Below are positions 27,494 through 40,615 of a stretch of DNA of 64,000 nt, one piece after another. Where the stretch lies: contig OX597815.1 of the NCBI GenBank assembly GCA_951406725.2, positions 110,236,001 to 110,300,000 on the forward strand, read 5' to 3'. The translations under genes were made by a program, and so were the position numbers. Each line of letters opens with the position of its first letter. Positions within the stretch are counted from its first letter, which is position 1. This DNA is from Octopus vulgaris (lineage: Eukaryota). The notes beneath the pieces are model-generated. The model was not told where the DNA came from. It did not search any database and saw only the letters and a list, made by a program, of their open reading frames with translations.

Positions 27494-28180
27494 TAACTGC
27501 AGTAACTGCAGAATATGTAGAGATGGACAAGAAACAATAAATCATATTATCTCTAGCTGCCCAGTCCTGGCTAAGAAGGAATATATTCACAGACATGACA
27601 GAGTTGGAACCTACATACATTGGAAGCTATGCCAACATTATGGAATAACAACAGAAAAAAGATGGTATAGGCACACACCAGAAAAGGTCACAGAAAACGA
27701 GAAAGCAACCATACTCTGGGATATGCCGATACACACAGATAGGGAAATTAAGGCCAACAGACCAGATATAGTTGTCAGAGATCATGAAGAAAAAAAATGC
27801 TTTCTAATTGATGTATCAATACCGGCAGATGACAACGTGTCTCTAAAAGAAATGGAGAAACTCTCAAAATACAAAGACCTGGAAGTAGAGGTAACTAGAA
27901 TGTGGAATCTGAAAACAGAAACAATTCCTATCATAGTAGGTGCATTAGGCACGATAAAAAAATATTCAGACAAATACATAACAAAAACACCAGGACTTAC
28001 AAACACATATAACATACAGAAAATTGCACTACTAGGCACTGCACACATCCTACGCAGAACACTTTCCATACAATAACCATCAGAGCATCACAACAAATCA
28101 CAGCACATACCCAAGGCACACAGAGCTGCGCTCGGTAGTGAAGTGAAAGCACGCTATAAAAATAAAAATAAAACTACTGA
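27494..28180 (+). mobile_element. 5'-truncated R4/Dong-like RLE non-LTR retrotransposon (family 1) in (TAA)n
   Basis: Zn-knuckle remnant CRIC..QETINHIISSC, RHDRV..IHWKLC and the RLE motif RPDIVV..LIDVSIP..EKLSKYKDL (ORF 27723-28076); 3' end ..AAACTACTGA-(ATA)n. Confidence 0.9.
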
Positions 28181-28252
28181 ATAATAATAATAATAACGAT
28201 AATAATAATAATAATAATAATAACGATAATAATAATAATAATAATAATAATA

Positions 28253-28285
<33 letters not shown>

Positions 28286-28286
<1 letters not shown>

Positions 28287-28694
28287 GTTGTCAGAGTTGT
28301 CAGAGATCATGAAGAAAAAAAATGCTTTCTAATTGATGTATCAATACCGGCAGATGACAACGTGTCTCTAAAAGAAATGGAGAAACTCTCAAAATACAAA
28401 GACCTGGAAATAGAGGTAACTAGAATGTGGAATCTGAAAACAGAAACAATTCCTACCATAGTAGGTGCATTAGGCATGATAAAAAATATTCAGACAAATA
28501 CATAACAAAAACACCAGGACTTACAAACACATATAACATACAGAAAATTGCACTACTAGGCACTGCACACATCCTACGCAGAACACTTTCCATACAATAA
28601 CCATCAGAGTATCACAACAAATCACAGCACATACCCAAGGCACACAGAGCTGCGCTCGGTAGTGAAGTGAAAGCACGCTATAAAAATAAAACTA

Positions 28695-28698
<4 letters not shown>
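28286..28698 (+). mobile_element. Second 5'-truncated Dong-like family 1 copy in the same (TAA)n array
   Basis: Nearly identical to 27770-28180; same 3' junction. Confidence 0.9.
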
Positions 28699-28781
<83 letters not shown>

Positions 28782-28987
28782 GATTTCAAATTTTGGTAAG
28801 ATCCAGCAATTTAGGGTGGGCAGCGTGGAAGTTGATTACACTCTCAACTGGTATCTATTTTATCGACCCCGAAAAGATGAAGAGAAAAGCCGACTTCGGC
28901 GGAGGTTCAACTCATAATATGAAGACGGACGAAATGCCGCTAAGCAATTTGCCCAACGTGCTAACGAATTTGCTAACTCGCTGCCTC
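28782..28987 (-). mobile_element. Degenerate SINE family B whose tail runs into the (TAA)n array
   Basis: TATCGACCCCGAAAAGATGAA..CGACTTCGGCGGA..GAAATGCCGCTAAGCA. Confidence 0.75.
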
Positions 28988-29153
28988 AACAACAACATAG
29001 ATATTTCATGCAAAAATAACATCCAGACATTAGTCACACAATGTGTATAACATTAACAATACATATGAAAACAAAGGGTGGAATTAAGATGTGTTGCTAA
29101 TTACATTGTTGATTTATATATACATATAATGTGTAATATATACATATAATGTG

Positions 29154-29193
<40 letters not shown>

Positions 29194-29801
29194 AGTTGTT
29201 ACAAATTTCATATTATATATATATATATATATATATATGCTTTCCGTTTGTTAAAATGTGTTAGTGAAATATTTTAAATTCTAAAGGCAAATTCAGTGCA
29301 GTAGCCGTGGGAAAAATTTTCTCGCTGATGGCCTATGGGGTAAAAATACCATATTTGCTCAGTGTCTCCCCCTCAAGGACTTTCAGACGTGTTTCTGGCT
29401 ACTAAGCCTTCCACAGTAGGAGATACCGAAGAGAGAGAGAGACGGAGAGAGAGAGAGAAAGTGAGGAACAGAGAGACAGAGAAAGAAACCTGAGCATATT
29501 CTAAAGCCGACTCCCTCATAGGCGTCTTCATAATTTTTACGAAAAATTGATAAGTGAGTAGATATAAGGATATTTATGAAGAAACGATTAAACGACTGGT
29601 GGGTAACAAAGGATTGTGAACATTTAAATTTGTTGCTAGTGGGTTGTTGATGACAAGAAGAAAAGAAGTGTTTATGTAAAACACATAACGATACCGAGAC
29701 AAGTAATAATGTGTACAATTTTATGTTCGTCTCTTTTCTTACGGGATCCCCAAAGTCTTCTATGAAGTATGTCTAAAATATCAAAAATAAAAAAATGTAT
29801 A

Positions 29802-30057
29802 CATTAATCGCTCGCCATAGCGCGGTTCACCTATCGCGGTTCACTTACCGCGGTTCAACTATCGCAATTTATTATTTGAGCTTACGTCGAATACCCTGTG
29901 GTGTTGTTTTGCATTTATAATATAATGAAATAAATATATACAAATTATAAAAATAATAGAAGACATATACATCACACTACTGTTTCTACTTCACAGATTT
30001 TCACCTCTCGCGAGGGGGTTTTGCAACGTAACACCCGCGATAGTCGAGGGATTACTG
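29802..30057. mobile_element. pogo/Tigger-like MITE
   Basis: TA-CA(T)TAATC(G)CTCGCCATAGCGCGG .. CCGCGATAGTCGAGGGATTACTG-TA imperfect TIRs; internal CGCGGTTCA subrepeats. Confidence 0.7.
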
Positions 30058-30919
30058 TAATTGTAAAATGTAAAACGAAACCAATACGAAATACAAAAGT
30101 GAAAAAGGTTCGGAAGAAATGACAGGAATGTTATGTAGTTGGATTGGGACACAGCTAATGTGATTATTTTAGTAATAGTTATTGAATAAAGCCAAGCTTC
30201 TCTTTAAATTGTGTCAAGGGTTTTCAGGAGACCGACACTAAAGTAAGCCCTGAAGGAAGCTGTGGTAACAGAGTTCATTTACTTGAAGCGAGAATGCAGA
30301 AATGTGAACAAAAGTTTATCTATAATATATGTTCTTGTCACTAAAGACTCAATTAGTGTGCAGAATTTGTCAGTAAGGTATGAGAATAATAGCGCGTAGA
30401 AAAGTGACGTTTATCCATTTGGGAAATGTAAGACACTAAAGAGAAAACTTTTCTCCCAGTCTTTCATTTCCTGTTTTTTTTTCTTCTTATTTCCTATTTA
30501 AATTGTACTCTGTATTTTCATTGGAAGCGTTTTTAGCGTGTATAACTGAACAGATAGTATTTGTTATTGCAGACAAACACTCGGAACATATAAATTCATG
30601 AACCTGCCTTCTTACAAAGGCCTTGTACTTTTCAGTAGATGAATTCAAATACTGAAAATAGGTTTTGTGAGCAATTGCTTTGTTATTGTTTTATTTTTTT
30701 AGACTCGACGGAAAGCATTCAGTGTGTACCAAGCATACTCATTAATAAAATTTCTAAAGGAACATACTTAACCCATTCAAATTACTACTTTTCTTATTAA
30801 AATTCGATCTAGGAATTAAAAGAAAGCCTCTACGTTGTCAGTTGACCAGCTAGATAAAGCAATAATATCTACCATAAAATAACCGCTCCCAGCATCTTAA
30901 AAATGACAGATTAGACAAT

Positions 30920-31208
30920 GTACAGTTCTATATTTAAGAGATGAGGAATTATGGATATTATTTACATTTGACGAATATTTGTCCTCATCTTGTTTGTTGT
31001 TAACACACTGTTTCGGCTGAAATACCCTCCAACCTTCATCAACTATCTTCGGGAAATTTCGAACCTGGGTTCGCATTGCTAAGGTTCGAAATTTCCCCAA
31101 GATATCTGATGAAGGCTGGAGAGTATATCAGCCGAAACGTTGAGTTAACAACAAACAAGATGAGGACAAATATCCGTCAAATGTAAATAATATAAATAAT
31201 GTACATCA
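30920..31208. mobile_element. Head-to-head inverted pair of the HHR element body (same family as 10258-10534, without the tRNA head)
   Basis: 30958-31066 and 31082-31192 are diverged reverse complements; both match 10270-10380. Confidence 0.85.
31101..31146 (+). ncRNA. Hammerhead ribozyme motif with degenerate helix I
   Basis: GAUAU-CUGAUGA-A-GGCUG(gagaguauau)CAGCC-GAAAC-GU-U-GAGUU; perfect core and helix II. Confidence 0.6.
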
Positions 31209-32459
31209 GACAACGTAGTTCTGCGCAGATTTTATCGTTATACCTCGAAATAAAACTGCGGGATCGTAACTGGTAAGTATTTAGTCAAACAGTCGATCAT
31301 TGCCGACTTAAGGCTAAATAATAACAACATAAATCATAACAACAACAACAAAACATCACTCTTACGTTACTTGACCCCACCCAACTTTTGTGCTACAATT
31401 TGAATGCATTCCATTTCCATGAACGAACCAACTCGATACTGTAATGTTTGCAATATGCCTGCCGAACAAATACAGGTTTTAATTGAATCAGGAAATGAAT
31501 GAAGTATATCTGCTGTGTTTCTCAGAACATTGAATGAACTATGTTTAAGCGTGGAGTGAAAACAATTAACATTCTAACAGTAAGGGAATATTTATAGATA
31601 TTTGATAATTATATATTTATATTTAATTATATATGTCAAAGCAGTAAATTGCCAATATCGTTAAATCATTGAATAAAATACCCTGCTGGTGAACTGATCT
31701 ACAGCTGCCCATATTTATATCAGGGTTCACTCCACTTAGACATGTGACTGTGTTTCTAGTTATCGAGTTTTAATAGAGACACAGCAATACACAACCGTCT
31801 TCTCTGCAGATGTTATCAAAATTTCGATTAAGATGGCAACTGGGATGTGCTCTCCTTACATTCATCTTCACAAATTTTTACCCCTGCCATATATGTCTTC
31901 TTCTCATTTAGGAATAGCGAGAAGTACTCTCCTCATTTCTCCACTATCCCAGCAAACATTTGTTTTCCTACGGGATCACCCACACCATATTTCGTCGTTA
32001 TTCTTGTCGTTGTTGCTACTACTTCTTTTATAGCTACCTCTGATTTTGTTGGTGCTATTATTGCTGTGATCGTTGTTACTATCGCTCTCCTTGTTATTGC
32101 TGCCCTTGTCGTTGCTTGTGTTGTGGAAAACAAAGCCATAACAATTTTTCCTGTTCTCGAGCCAGGTTTTAGTAATATAAGGACATTTTCCCACTACCTC
32201 TTTATTGGGTCTGTTGATGGGTGCTTTCTTCACCATGATTCCATTCAGACCGAAGAAAAACAAATTCTGACGAAGAGAAATATATATTACAAAGAGGGTG
32301 TCATTTAGGGCATAATTTGGCAGAACTCCTCTTCAACGAGTGGAAAGGGTTCTTATTTTGCAGAAACGTTTTAAGTAAATAAATTCCTTTCAAAACAATT
32401 TAGCAAACCTCCGTGGGAAGATGGATGCGAGTCGATGCACGTTCAGTACAAAGGAGGTT

Positions 32460-32972
32460 CCGGCTTTCATGGCTTCTAATCATAATTGGCTGGAAGTATT
32501 ATCATGTACATTGTTTTGTCTTGGTATAAAAGATGGGCTACATCAAATATTCTGTTCAATACCACAGTTGCTTGACCTTAATCAGTTGAACATGTGCCTT
32601 AGAGACTGACAATATGTGCATCTCTGATCACGAGCAGGAGTAGTGAGGGAGCATCATAGCCATGTGACGAGAGGAATTCTTTGGGGTTTGAATAATTCAT
32701 CTTTGAAACATGGGTGTTTCGTTCAACATCTTTAAACAACCCTTATTCAGGGACCTTTTGAAGTGGATGGGCTAGTCGACTAGAAGAAAATTCTGACAGG
32801 GCTTTACCTGCAAGGTCATGTGCTGTTTATCTTGATATAAAATCACTGTGTAAAGCACATGTGGTTGTGATGTCTGGTGTACCTTTATCAGACGGATAAT
32901 CATGAAGAGAATATTGGGTTTCGTATATTTGTGCCCCAGTGTCAATTCGATGGAATGTGCTACCCTGTCACT
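32460..32972 (+). mobile_element. (TAA)n-tailed non-coding retroelement segment (SINE or long LINE 3' UTR)
   Basis: 32652-32972 is a diverged reverse complement of 50863-51192; both end at the same point followed by TAA repeats; 5' boundary uncertain. Confidence 0.7.
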
Positions 32973-33235
32973 TAATAATAATTATAATAATAATACTAAT
33001 GATAATAATAAAAATGATGATGATGATAATGATGATGATGAAGATGACGGTGGTGGTAGTGATAAAGAAGAAGAAGAAGAAGAAGAAGAAGAAGAAGAAG
33101 AAGAAGAAGAAGAAGAAGAAGAAGAAGAAGAAGAAGAAGAAGAAGAAGAAGAAAATGATGATCATGATAATTTCTCGATGTGGGATAACATGAATTACAA
33201 TGCTATGTATAGTATACTTTAAGCTATTACGTATA

Positions 33236-33987
33236 TTATTTTCTACTCTAGGTACAAGGCCCGAAATTTTGGGAGAGCAGGCCAGTCGATTAGTTGACCC
33301 CCAATACGCAACTGACACTTAACTTGTCAATCCCGAAAGAATGAAAGGCAAAGTCGACCTCCGCGGAATTTGAACTCAGCACGTAAAGGCAGACGGAATA
33401 CCTATTTCTTTACTACCCACAAGGGGCAAACAAAGACAGCCAAACGGATTAAGTCGATTATATCGACCCCAGTGCGTAACTGGTACTTATTTAATCGACC
33501 CCGAAAGGATGAAAGGCAAAGTCGACCACGGCGGAATTGGAACTCAGAACGTAGCGGCAGACGAAATACCTATTTCTTTATTGCCCACAAGGGGCTAAAC
33601 ATAGAGAGGACAAACAAGGACAGGCATAGGTATTAAGTCGATTACATCGACCCCAGTGCGTAACTTGCACTTAATTTATCGACCCCGAAAGGATGAAAGG
33701 CAAAGTCGACCTCGGCGGAATTTGAACTCACAGCGTAACGGCAGACGAAATACCTATTTCTTTACTACCCACAAGGGGCTACACACAGAGGGGACAAACA
33801 AGGACAGACAAACGGATTAAGTCGATTACAACGACCCCAGTATTCATCTGGTTCTTAATTTATCGACCTCGAAAGTATGAAGGCAAAGTCGACCTCGGCG
33901 GAATTTGAACTCAGAACGTAACGGCAGGCGAAATACCGCTAAGCATTTCGCCCGGATTGCTAATGTTTCTGCCAGGTCGCCGCCTTA
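33236..33987 (-). mobile_element. Tandem array of four SINE family B bodies with a single head
   Basis: Junctions ..GAAATACC|TATTTCTT near 33402, 33570 and 33754; head only at 33938-33987. Confidence 0.9.
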
Positions 33988-34194
33988 GTTATTTCATATA
34001 TTCTCGACAAAAGTAACGCTGTTTCTTCTTTCAGCAGATTACAAGCACAAAAACCTCAGTATTTTAAGCCTCCTCTATTTGACCCACCCTCATTCGTTTT
34101 TTCTCATTCATTGCCATTTTACTGAACTATCGAGCGTATTAGAAAGCAGAGGTTTCGTTTTTTAAGTCACAATTTAAGATTGTTTGAACAGACG

Positions 34195-34600
34195 AGGCTG
34201 GGTGGTAAGAAGCTTGCTTCCCGATCATGAGCTCCCGGGTTCCGTTTCACTGCGTGGTATCTTGGGCATGTGCCTTCTAGTAGTCTCAGACCAACGAAAG
34301 CCTTGTGAATGGATTTGGTAGACGAAAATGGAAAGAAGCCCGTCATATGTGCGTGTGCGGGCGTGTGTGTGTGTGCGCGCGCATCTGTATTTGTTCCCTA
34401 CCACCGCTTGACAACCGGTGCAGGTGTGCTTACGTCGCTCGTAACTGAGCGACTTGGCAAGAGACACCGATGGAATAAGTCGTAGGCATTAAAAAATAAA
34501 TACTGGGGTCGATTCATTCGACTAAAATTTCTTCAAGTCGGTGCCCCAGAATGGCCGTAGTCAAATGACTTGAGCAAGAACAGATAAAAGAAAAGATAAA
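34195..34600 (+). mobile_element. SINE family A
   Basis: GGCTGGGTGGTAAGAAGCTTGCTTCC..CCGGGTTCC head; CCGCTTGACAACCG; ATGGCCGTAGTCAAATGACT tail. Confidence 0.85.
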
Positions 34601-37600
34601 AGGTAAAATTGCGATCGCTGTCACGATATTAGGATAATTTAGGACAATATTATCCAGTAGGTGCTTCCATGACATAAGACGGTGATGTTTTAGTTGATAA
34701 AGTTGAATCTGCTCATGCAGCATCGAGCAAGTGTGTCAGAAGCTCCCTCATTAATTTACAAAAAATGTTATTGAGCTTCATTGATAAGGTATTCAGTGAA
34801 AGGTGGTATTAAAATGTATATAGTGTCTTATGATATGTCGGTAATGAAAGTAATAATAAAAAAGGCACCGATAGCACAAACAGTCTCACGCCTATATTGG
34901 AAGCAGAACGACAAAGAAACAAGAACTTCTGCATATGTGGTCCTTTGACCTGCTACAAATAACTTTCAAATTTCTCTCAAACCGTATCCATCGTATTATC
35001 AAACAAAAGCAACATGGGTTAATGCTGAGTAAACATTTCATCACTCTAGACATTCAATCACGCACACGTTCTCTGTCTCTGTCTCTCTTTCACTCTATAT
35101 CTCTCTCTCGGTCTCTGTTACTGTCTGTCTGTCTGTATCTCCTTCTATCTCTCTCTTTCTCTCTCTATTTCATTCTCTCTCTGAGGAAGGTATCTGTCCG
35201 AAGCTTTTCGCCCTAACTGCCCAATAATATATTCCAATGCGAGAAATGTTTGTAATTACTATTTGCCGGCGCAGATCATCACTACATTTCCATGGATTTC
35301 ACTGTATGTCTATCGTAAACTCACGTTTACAATGGTACTGCATTGATAAGTAATTGGAAGTAGAATTAAATAGTTTCCAGAAGGAAATAATCAATGTTTA
35401 CCGATGAATAAGATCTCATGTTTTACATTAGGCATTCAAGACACGAAATACGATTGCTGGCACCTAATCTATTTGACCATTACTTGCTTACAAATGGCGC
35501 CATATTGTTGTGAGAAGTGTGTATCTCTATTTATTGTATATTTTAATGAATCAATTAAGTATGTTAATTGATATGTTGATATATATGTTAAAAAACGGGT
35601 AAATCAACAATGAAAAGTGCATTTGATGAAATAATTTCAAAATAAGAGATGAGACATTTTAAAATTAAATCAATATAAAAGAGTATTACTTAATTTTGCC
35701 TTGCAAAGTTAAATGCTTAAACTCTCTATATTTATGAGAGGAATTTTGGTTAAAGTAGTAAGAATTTTCCAGACTATTAGCTTCCTTATATATGTCTTTA
35801 TTTGCATTTTGTGTGATCACTCTTCCACAATACTTTGATACTCTAGTTCAAAATTATTTATTCTTATTGACTATGTTAAGTTCAAAACTGGAGTCTCTAA
35901 TTTGTATTCACAGTTCCAAGAAATTTATCCACCTTACAATGTACGCCCTGCGTATAATAGCTATAATAGGTCCCACAGAATTATACTCTGTAAATACTAA
36001 ATACGAACAATTTTCAAAATTCAGAGATAAAATTAGGAAAGTGGAGAGAAAGTGAGATTAAGAAATTATGGGGAAAAAATGTTGCATGAGATATAAAAAA
36101 TAGTTAAATTTGGTTTAATTGACTTAGTCAGAAGAAGAAAGGTGGCACCTATTTTAATTATTTTTTTTTTTTACCAAGGAGTGAAACGCTAGTAAATAGA
36201 AGAGAGGAATTTATACTTAGCCCTAAGATCTGGCTGGAGATCTGCATGAAACTAGCAGTGGTATTAAACCATGCTACAGAAAACTATATCACCTAGCAGC
36301 AGGTAGCCCTCCTACCCACCAATGGTCCGCGGAATAGCTTTCATGCATCAAATTTCACTACTAAGATTTTGGTTGACTTGAAGGTAAGTTAGAAGAAACG
36401 AACTATGGTGAAGTCTAGTATTTGGGGATCGAACTATGTAAGTTGACCGAACCAATCATTAACTATATGGATAAATAAAATACCTTCAATGGAAAACTAA
36501 TAAACAAGTCATAGAACATGCACATCTCAGAGATTGATTAATTTATAACTCTTTGAATGTATAGCTACTTTCTAAAGAATAGAGATCCTACATTTCAGCG
36601 GCTTTTTCTATCAATTCCGATCTTTATTGAAATTTCAGATTTCTTTAATTAGTTGATATATTTCATTTTTCAATATTCTTATCATCTTTCCAAGAATCTT
36701 GTAGAACCTGTGTCTCATTTTCCAGAAGAGCGAATTTACCGACAGCTGCTAGCATTCAGTTGCCTCAGACATTAAAAACTGTTGAAATCTTGCATCTGCA
36801 AGCACTTTGTCAAATAGTCTGCAAGGTATAACTCTGTCGATTGAAGCAACTTGAAATGAATTTCCTTGATTAAGGATTTCAAATTCTGTTGTCCCGATAA
36901 ACAAAGCTACGTCTTCACAATTGAGTGTCCATCAACCAAACCATTTAGCCACTACTTTCACTCACTGAAATTGCTAACAAAACGATCGATATCTTTCAGT
37001 GTAGGAAATGGCTGTTTCCAATAACAAACGTCCCCATTTTAGATAACCAACAGGCTGCTAGATATTTATATTGATCTTTAACTTGTTCAGCTGCAGACAG
37101 ATATGACTGAGCAGCATTATGATCAAAAGTATTCCAGGTCTGGCCATACCGATGTTTTTTTTATGATATAATGACCCACAGTATTTTATATGTTCCTCCT
37201 CCTAGTCTACTTGTCAGATTTGGCTGCCATTCTAGCAAGTCAATCGATACGATAGAGGACCAAGTGCCTACTTTCTATGATTTTGCACATGACATCGGAT
37301 AATCTTCCGATTGTGTCAGGCATAGAAACATCCACCTGTCTCCCACTTCTTTGAATAGAAGCTTCTTGTCAGATTACACGATTGCAGCGTATATCCATGG
37401 TAATCCCTTTTAGCTTCCTTCTGAAAGTTACAGTATCCCCTCTAGATTCAGTTATAACCACTATATATTTTTCTTTTGCACATTCTAGACCAATTTGCAG
37501 TCTCTTCTGCGCTTGTTTATTCTACACAGGAGTCATTCTTTCGCAACTACCAGCCTTTCGAAGTAACAGCTACCTGGAATGCATCCTTCAACCGGAACGG

Positions 37601-38962
37601 GAAATTGTAATTTTATTGAAAGTATAGGTACACACGTGAAAGAAACAGAGATATACGTCATTCTTCCTACTTATAAATAATACACGTCTATATTTTTCAA
37701 ATTGGTTGCGATCGTTTGAACTGTCAGTCTGTTATAAGATCACAGAAAGTTATATCACATAGATAACCAAAACAGCACCACCGATACTGCTTCATAAAGA
37801 CTATGATATATGCTTCGTATTACATGTATAGATGCTAAATATATACATTTTCAATAATAAAAACAAAAAAAGATACATTAAGAGAAACGTTTTGGAGAAA
37901 TAAGCTAAATACTTAAATTATACTGCGGCCGGAATATGATATACTTTCTTTCCATAGTTCTTATGCATTATGTGTCATCTAGTACATTTTGCGAATAGAC
38001 GATATATAATACAGTTAATGCACAGGTGTTAAAATTTTATAGGTATTTACCATTCAGTGTTTGCTCTAATTCGCTGAGGGAGAAAGATGCTATTTGTACC
38101 ACAGTTTAGAGTAAATCATTTGAAAAAGAGATAATAAACGTTATTTCAAAGCTGTGGAGAAATGTTTTAAACTGCAATGTGGCTATCATTTTATTGTGAT
38201 TATACACACACACATACACACACACGCACACACAAACATACATGTATATGCACACATACACGCATGCGGACACATATGCTTGCGTTTGTACATAGGTATA
38301 TATCCAAGTATATCGATATAAATATGTGCTTGCATGTGTGTATTGGGGCACTCAAGTCAAATTTTAAAAGTAGTTAAAGAAATCCTATAGATTATGAATA
38401 ATGTACTAGCGATATGAAAAACATTTATTGAAAGTAGATATATCATCGTGTTTGAGAATCTAATAATATATTACATGCTTCCTTTCTTCTCCGAGAGGAT
38501 TCAATTTGTAAACTGTAGCGTCGATTAGCTATAGATTTGCTTCTTAGTAATATTGTATATTCCAAGATAAATTATGATCCGTGCGCAATGATACATATCA
38601 GTGTAGATAATGAGAAACTAAATACAATATGTCGACTTATGGCATATATTTTCTCCAAACGTCCATTATAACACTTGCACTGCTCAACATGAATATAAAA
38701 ATACACACGATGTCCTGGATTTAAATGTTACACTTCTTTCGTTTACTCGAATGAATGTATGTAAAACGTCGCTGGTTATATATCGTTCTGTTAACAATAA
38801 AATCATCTTAAGTGAAGGGTAAACATTTTTATGAAATTAAAGCAAATTTTAATCAGTTAATGAAGACATTTAATGAACAAACCGTGAAACATTTTGTTTC
38901 CTTTTAAAGCATGCGAGAACAGACAACAAAGAATATGACATTACCATGCATATTTCAAATTA

Positions 38963-39745
38963 TTAGGTTATTCCGAAAGTAATGGCTGTTCTAAGAATTG
39001 TGTTTAGAAGCACAATTTTATCATAGTATTTTGATTATACTTTAGGTGAATTTCGACATACTTAATAATTAATAATTAATGTATGCTCTTTAATAATTTT
39101 CTACTTATTTCAGACAGAAAACATTCTTGAAGCATAGGCATCCTTAATTATGAACATGACAAAAAAGGACCTTCGCTTGCTTGTCTTGCACAATGCCTCC
39201 CAAACTGTTGCCAATATCAACAGGGCATGAGGAGAAGGGTCCACAAGTGATCGCAAAGTACGAAGGTGGTTTCAGAAATTCTGTAGTGGTGATAAGAGCT
39301 TTGAAGATGAAGAATGTAGAAGACGGTCATGCAGTCTTGACAATGAACAAGTGAAAGCAATTGTTGAACAAAACCATATTAAAGTGTCAGAGAAATGTCT
39401 AAGGCACTTGGTGTCGGTATTGCAACGGTCTCGCGCAATCTGCAGAAGATTGGTAAGGTGAAAAAGATTGATAAACTGGTACCACATGAGCTCACTGAGT
39501 TCTAAAGTGTGCTCGATGCTCTTTCTGCGAAACACCTCTTCTTGACCGAATAGTCACTTGTAACGAAATGTGATCCTTTATGATAACCGTAAACGATCAG
39601 GTCAATGGCTTGATCGTGATGAGTCCCCCAAAGCCAAAGGTTCATCAGCAAAAGATTATGGTGACTGTCAGGTGGTCTGCAATTGGTATTGTCCATTACA
39701 TCATTTAGGGAGCCAATCAGAGCAGAGGTTTACTGCAATCAACTT
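38963..39745 (+). mobile_element. Decayed mariner transposon (left TIR plus N-terminal/central transposase)
   Basis: TA-TTAGGTT end; translation VRRWFQKFCSGDKSFEDEE..KIGKVKKIDKLVPHEL..RIVTCNE..ILYDNRKRSGQW (WVPHEL and first catalytic D regions) with frameshifts. Confidence 0.88.
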
Positions 39746-40350
39746 TCCAGTGTGTGTGTGTATACAATATATACGCACACAAATATATCTAAGAAAAGAG
39801 TAGTCGCATATTGGAACCTAGATAACATTGTACAGATTTTGAAGTTGAGGCCTAAAAGCGTCTTGCTGTAGAGACTGTAATTATTATAATTTCTCTGATT
39901 TTCAGATTATTTTCTCTTAGATTCAATTCTACTTGTCAGCAGGTGATTTTTCTTCTAGAACTGAAGACGATTTCGATAAATTCTGCTGACCAGTAAGTTA
40001 TGTCATATTAGATTAATTTCGTTTAACTTTGGTAAATTTCTTGGCTTCAGGTTGTTTTTTTTTTTTTTTTCTTCTTTGTATTTCGTTTGCTCAATACCAG
40101 CTACGACAAAACCTGGTCTGATGAGACCTGTTCAGGCAGAAGCACATCTCCACGCCCATCCGTTTGTCTCTAGAATTAAATATAGATTTTCTGTAAAGGC
40201 ATGTCTGTTTCTGAAAATTTGTTTGATTCGTAAAATTATTCAACTTTCTATTGGATTTAGTTCCAGTTGTCACTACTCAATTGCTTAATATCGTTTAGCA
40301 TACGGAATAATTTCAATAAACCAAAAGTTTATATACTTTTATTCGTCTTG

Positions 40351-40390
<40 letters not shown>

Positions 40391-40575
40391 GTAAGTGCGA
40401 ATGCATGTACGTTTGTACCTGCATAAAATAACTTAGTGCTGGCTCTGAATTAAAAATATCTATAAAGATAATATTAAAATGGCTTACATGTAAATATACA
40501 TATACATACATTCATACATACGTACATACATACATATAAACATATATATATACATACACACGCACACACCAACAT

Positions 40576-40615
<40 letters not shown>

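Noticed and set aside
27723-28076. Stand-alone nuclease gene
   Set aside because: It is the 3' end of a 5'-truncated LINE ORF starting at an internal Met.
31847-32308. 153-aa ORF with a hydrophobic stretch as a membrane protein
   Set aside because: The hydrophobicity comes from decayed GTT/GCT repeats; no other support.
33236-33987. CRISPR-like regular repeats
   Set aside because: Units are ~180-bp SINE bodies without unique spacers; eukaryotic context with no cas genes.
36749-36931. Protein-looking stop-to-stop frame on the minus strand (WTLNCEDVALF..)
   Set aside because: No start codon, splice signals or recognisable family; this length is expected by chance.
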